This document shows, piece by piece, positions 22,239-24,375 of a stretch of 24,375 nt of DNA. Position 1 is the stretch's first letter, and each line of letters starts with the position of its first letter. A program made the position numbers and the translations under genes. Origin of the DNA: Candidatus Methylomirabilis sp. (GTDB lineage Bacteria > Methylomirabilota > Methylomirabilia > Methylomirabilales > Methylomirabilaceae); contig JBGQJI010000030.1 in assembly GCA_041498975.1 (NCBI GenBank), forward strand, positions 1 through 24,375. The letters are read 5' to 3'. Below the pieces are notes generated by a model that was not told the DNA's origin, searched no databases, and saw only the letters and a program-made list of their open reading frames with translations.

Positions 22239-24374
22239 TCAGGTGAGCTGCACGGTGACCTCGCCCGTCCACCCCTGGCCGGGTTCGAGGCAGAGGTCCC
22301 AGGTCGGCATAATGGCCACCCCTTGTACTGTTCGTTCATACCCTTGCTCAGACTGTGACACCGTCGTCACCAGATGGCCGTACACTGTCGCTTGCTGTCC
22401 GAGCCTGACGGTCAGGCGATGGGACATCTCCGTGGCGGACAGCGTGAAGCGATCGACTGCAGCCACCGCGACGGGCTGATCAAGCGGCAGATCCCGGCCG
22501 TCGATGCTCACGACAGAGCGGCCGAAGGCCAGGCCCGGAAGGAAGAAGTTCAGCTCAACGCCGAAGCGCACGACCAGCAGGCTCCTCCCCTGATTGAGAA
22601 TGCGGTAGGAGACTGTCAGGCGCCGCTTCTCTGTGAAGGCATACTCCTTCTGGACCTGGAGCGGATGGCTCCTCTCGGAATCGGTGCGGACATGTCCGGA
22701 CCGGTCGAGAGCGACGCCGCCGGTGGTCGGCCGCCACCCCCATGTCGCTTCGGCGAAATCCCCTCGCTCATCCAGGCGGCCCGACGTCCAGGAGGCAACG
22801 GGATGGGCTTCGGCGAAAAAGCGATCGAGGAAGCCGGCGCGCTCCCAGGGATCGTATGCCAGCGCATTCACCAGATCGGCCGGAGCCGGTCGCGCCAGGT
22901 CGTGGATGCCGGGGATCCCGTCCTGCGTCTCGCCCCTCGGCTGGACGGCGGCGTGCCGGATGGCCTCGTGATACGCCTCCGGACGGCGCGTCAGGGTATT
23001 GAGGAGATTGACCTCTCCCGCGAAATCGGTCCACTCGACCAGGCGGCCTCCGGTGTGCGGTTGCACCTGAGCCGAGAAGCTCTTGCCGTGGACCCAGATC
23101 TCGGGGAATCCGTCGCAGTCGAGGTCCGTGGCTTCGACCGCCAGCCTCTGGCGACGGCGGATCCAGGCCTCGGCCCGCGCCAGCCGCCGCCAGATCTCGT
23201 GTCTGAGGTGGGGCAGGTAAAGCCCTCCGAATATCCCGTGCCAGTAGGCGTCATTACACTGGGCGGCAAGGAGTTCGTCCCGCGCACGATTGGCCCGACG
23301 GGTTGCGGGGAGCAGGCGGCCGAGGGCGAGGCCCTTCTTGTGCGCCCTGTTGGCCTCTGGATACCGGACCAGGAAGTGTTTCCAATGGCCCCCCCGCATG
23401 AAGGCGTCGAAGCGGTCCGCATCGGCGCCGAGCCTTGACCTGAGCTCTGAGAACCGCTGCCCCCCCTCTGGGCCGAGAGTCCACTCCTCCATCTCCACGT
23501 ATGAGCTGGTGGGGAGGTAGCAGAGGCCCGCGGGGGGAATCTCCTCCAACGCCTCCCCGGCGGTCTGCGAGACGAGCCAGTCCGACGCCCCCTCGAGCAG
23601 ATCCAGGAAGGATTTCAACCATCCATCCTCGTAGACCCACTTGGAGGTCCCCGGCCACCCGCCGAACTTCTCGCCATCATCGGCGGCGATGGCCAGCCGC
23701 CCCCCGACCTTCGCAATCCATCGCAGGTGACCCTCGATCTCGGGCGCCGGGCGGAAGGGGATCAGGTACCGGAGCGCCTTGTCGATCGGGAAGACCGCGA
23801 CCGTCCGCCCATCAGCCTCGGTGAGGTAGTAGTCGTGCAGCCGCTCGGCCGCAAATCCGGAGGCCAGAAAGGCTCGATCGTCCATGAAGGTATAGGCAAC
23901 CCCGGCATCCGCGAGTGCCGGTATGATCGCCGAGTCCCAGGCCCGCTCGGTCAGCCACAGACCCCGAGGACGGACCCCGAAGCGAGACTTCAGGTGCTCA
24001 CCCATCAAGATGATCTGGGTCACACGGTCGTCGTGAGGGAGCGCAGCCAGTATTGGCTCATACAACCCTCCCAGCAGCAGTTCCACTTGGCCGCGCTGGA
24101 CCAGGTCGCCGACGAGATCGAGGTACTCGGACTCCTGACGCTCCAGCCACAGAAGGAGCGGCCCACTGAGGTGCAGTGTCAACTTGAGCGAGGGGCGGGC
24201 GCGGATCGCCTCCAGGAACGGACGGTAGGCCCTGTCCGTCAGCGCCTGGATCACTTCGTCGAAGTTGCCCAGCGGCTGGTGGTTGTGAAGAGCGAGGAGA
24301 AAGCGGAGCCTGTCCTGAACTTTGTCGAAGGGTCTGTCCTGAGCCCTGAGCTGAGTCGAAGGAGCTTGCCCTGA
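22239..24374 (-). CDS. GH57 4-alpha-glucanotransferase/alpha-amylase (DUF1925/DUF1926 type), 5' end beyond the window
   Basis: LALHNHQPLGNF (upstream of the called GTG 24254), GGLYEPIL, GLWLTERAW (catalytic Glu), DDGEKFGGWP (catalytic Asp), AQCNDAYWHGIFGGLYLPHLR, SQSEQGYER..QG. The frame stays open to the window edge. Confidence 0.93.
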   Translation of the reverse strand, partial: SGQAPSTQLRAQDRPFDKVQDRLRFLLALHNHQPLGNFDEVIQALTDRAYRPFLEAIRARPSLKLTLHLSGPLLLWLERQESEYLDLVGDLVQRGQVELLLGGLYEPILAALPHDDRVTQIILMGEHLKSRFGVRPRGLWLTERAWDSAIIPALADAGVAYTFMDDRAFLASGFAAERLHDYYLTEADGRTVAVFPIDKALRYLIPFRPAPEIEGHLRWIAKVGGRLAIAADDGEKFGGWPGTSKWVYEDGWLKSFLDLLEGASDWLVSQTAGEALEEIPPAGLCYLPTSSYVEMEEWTLGPEGGQRFSELRSRLGADADRFDAFMRGGHWKHFLVRYPEANRAHKKGLALGRLLPATRRANRARDELLAAQCNDAYWHGIFGGLYLPHLRHEIWRRLARAEAWIRRRQRLAVEATDLDCDGFPEIWVHGKSFSAQVQPHTGGRLVEWTDFAGEVNLLNTLTRRPEAYHEAIRHAAVQPRGETQDGIPGIHDLARPAPADLVNALAYDPWERAGFLDRFFAEAHPVASWTSGRLDERGDFAEATWGWRPTTGGVALDRSGHVRTDSERSHPLQVQKEYAFTEKRRLTVSYRILNQGRSLLVVRFGVELNFFLPGLAFGRSVVSIDGRDLPLDQPVAVAAVDRFTLSATEMSHRLTVRLGQQATVYGHLVTTVSQSEQGYERTVQGVAIMPTWDLCLEPGQGWTGEVTVQLT

Positions 24375-24375
24375 G
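24304..24375. repeat. array of CCTGYCCTGAGC-N-GTCGAAGG units within the GH57 reading frame
   Basis: CGGAGCCTGTCCTGAACTTTGTCGAAGGG TCTGTCCTGAGC CCTGAGCTGAGTCGAAGG AGCTTGCCCTGAG; same unit as at 4421-4536 and 16604-16633. Confidence 0.85.

Overview
GC-rich bacterial chromosome segment, mostly housekeeping genes. The taxon cannot be established from the sequence. Left part: truncated ZIP transporter remnant, YbgC-type thioesterase, bactofilin-like membrane protein, an amidase with a fused GatC/AtzG-like N-terminal domain, a TMTC-type (DUF1736+TPR) glycosyltransferase and three exported proteins. Middle: tldD-pmbA followed by an RHH/RelE toxin-antitoxin pair and a second, diverged copy of the last 288 bp of pmbA; then mutY-mutT, a ferritin-like gene and sirB1. 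Right: a TPR-ygfZ/gcvT-pduO-def run, a frameshifted mscS and a GH57 4-alpha-glucanotransferase. The most unusual signal is non-coding. A 131-bp MITE with a TA duplication at a CTAG target carries a GTCATTGCGAG/CTCGCAATGAC palindrome, and its empty site can be rebuilt from the paralogous pmbA copy. A second, 172-bp MITE family occurs twice. These elements repeatedly sit on stop codons. REP-like palindromes are nested inside one another, and one repeat array appears to be read in-frame into the GH57 N-terminus. No transposase, integrase, CRISPR array, tRNA or rRNA was seen. All family calls come from motif recognition by eye; no database search was run.
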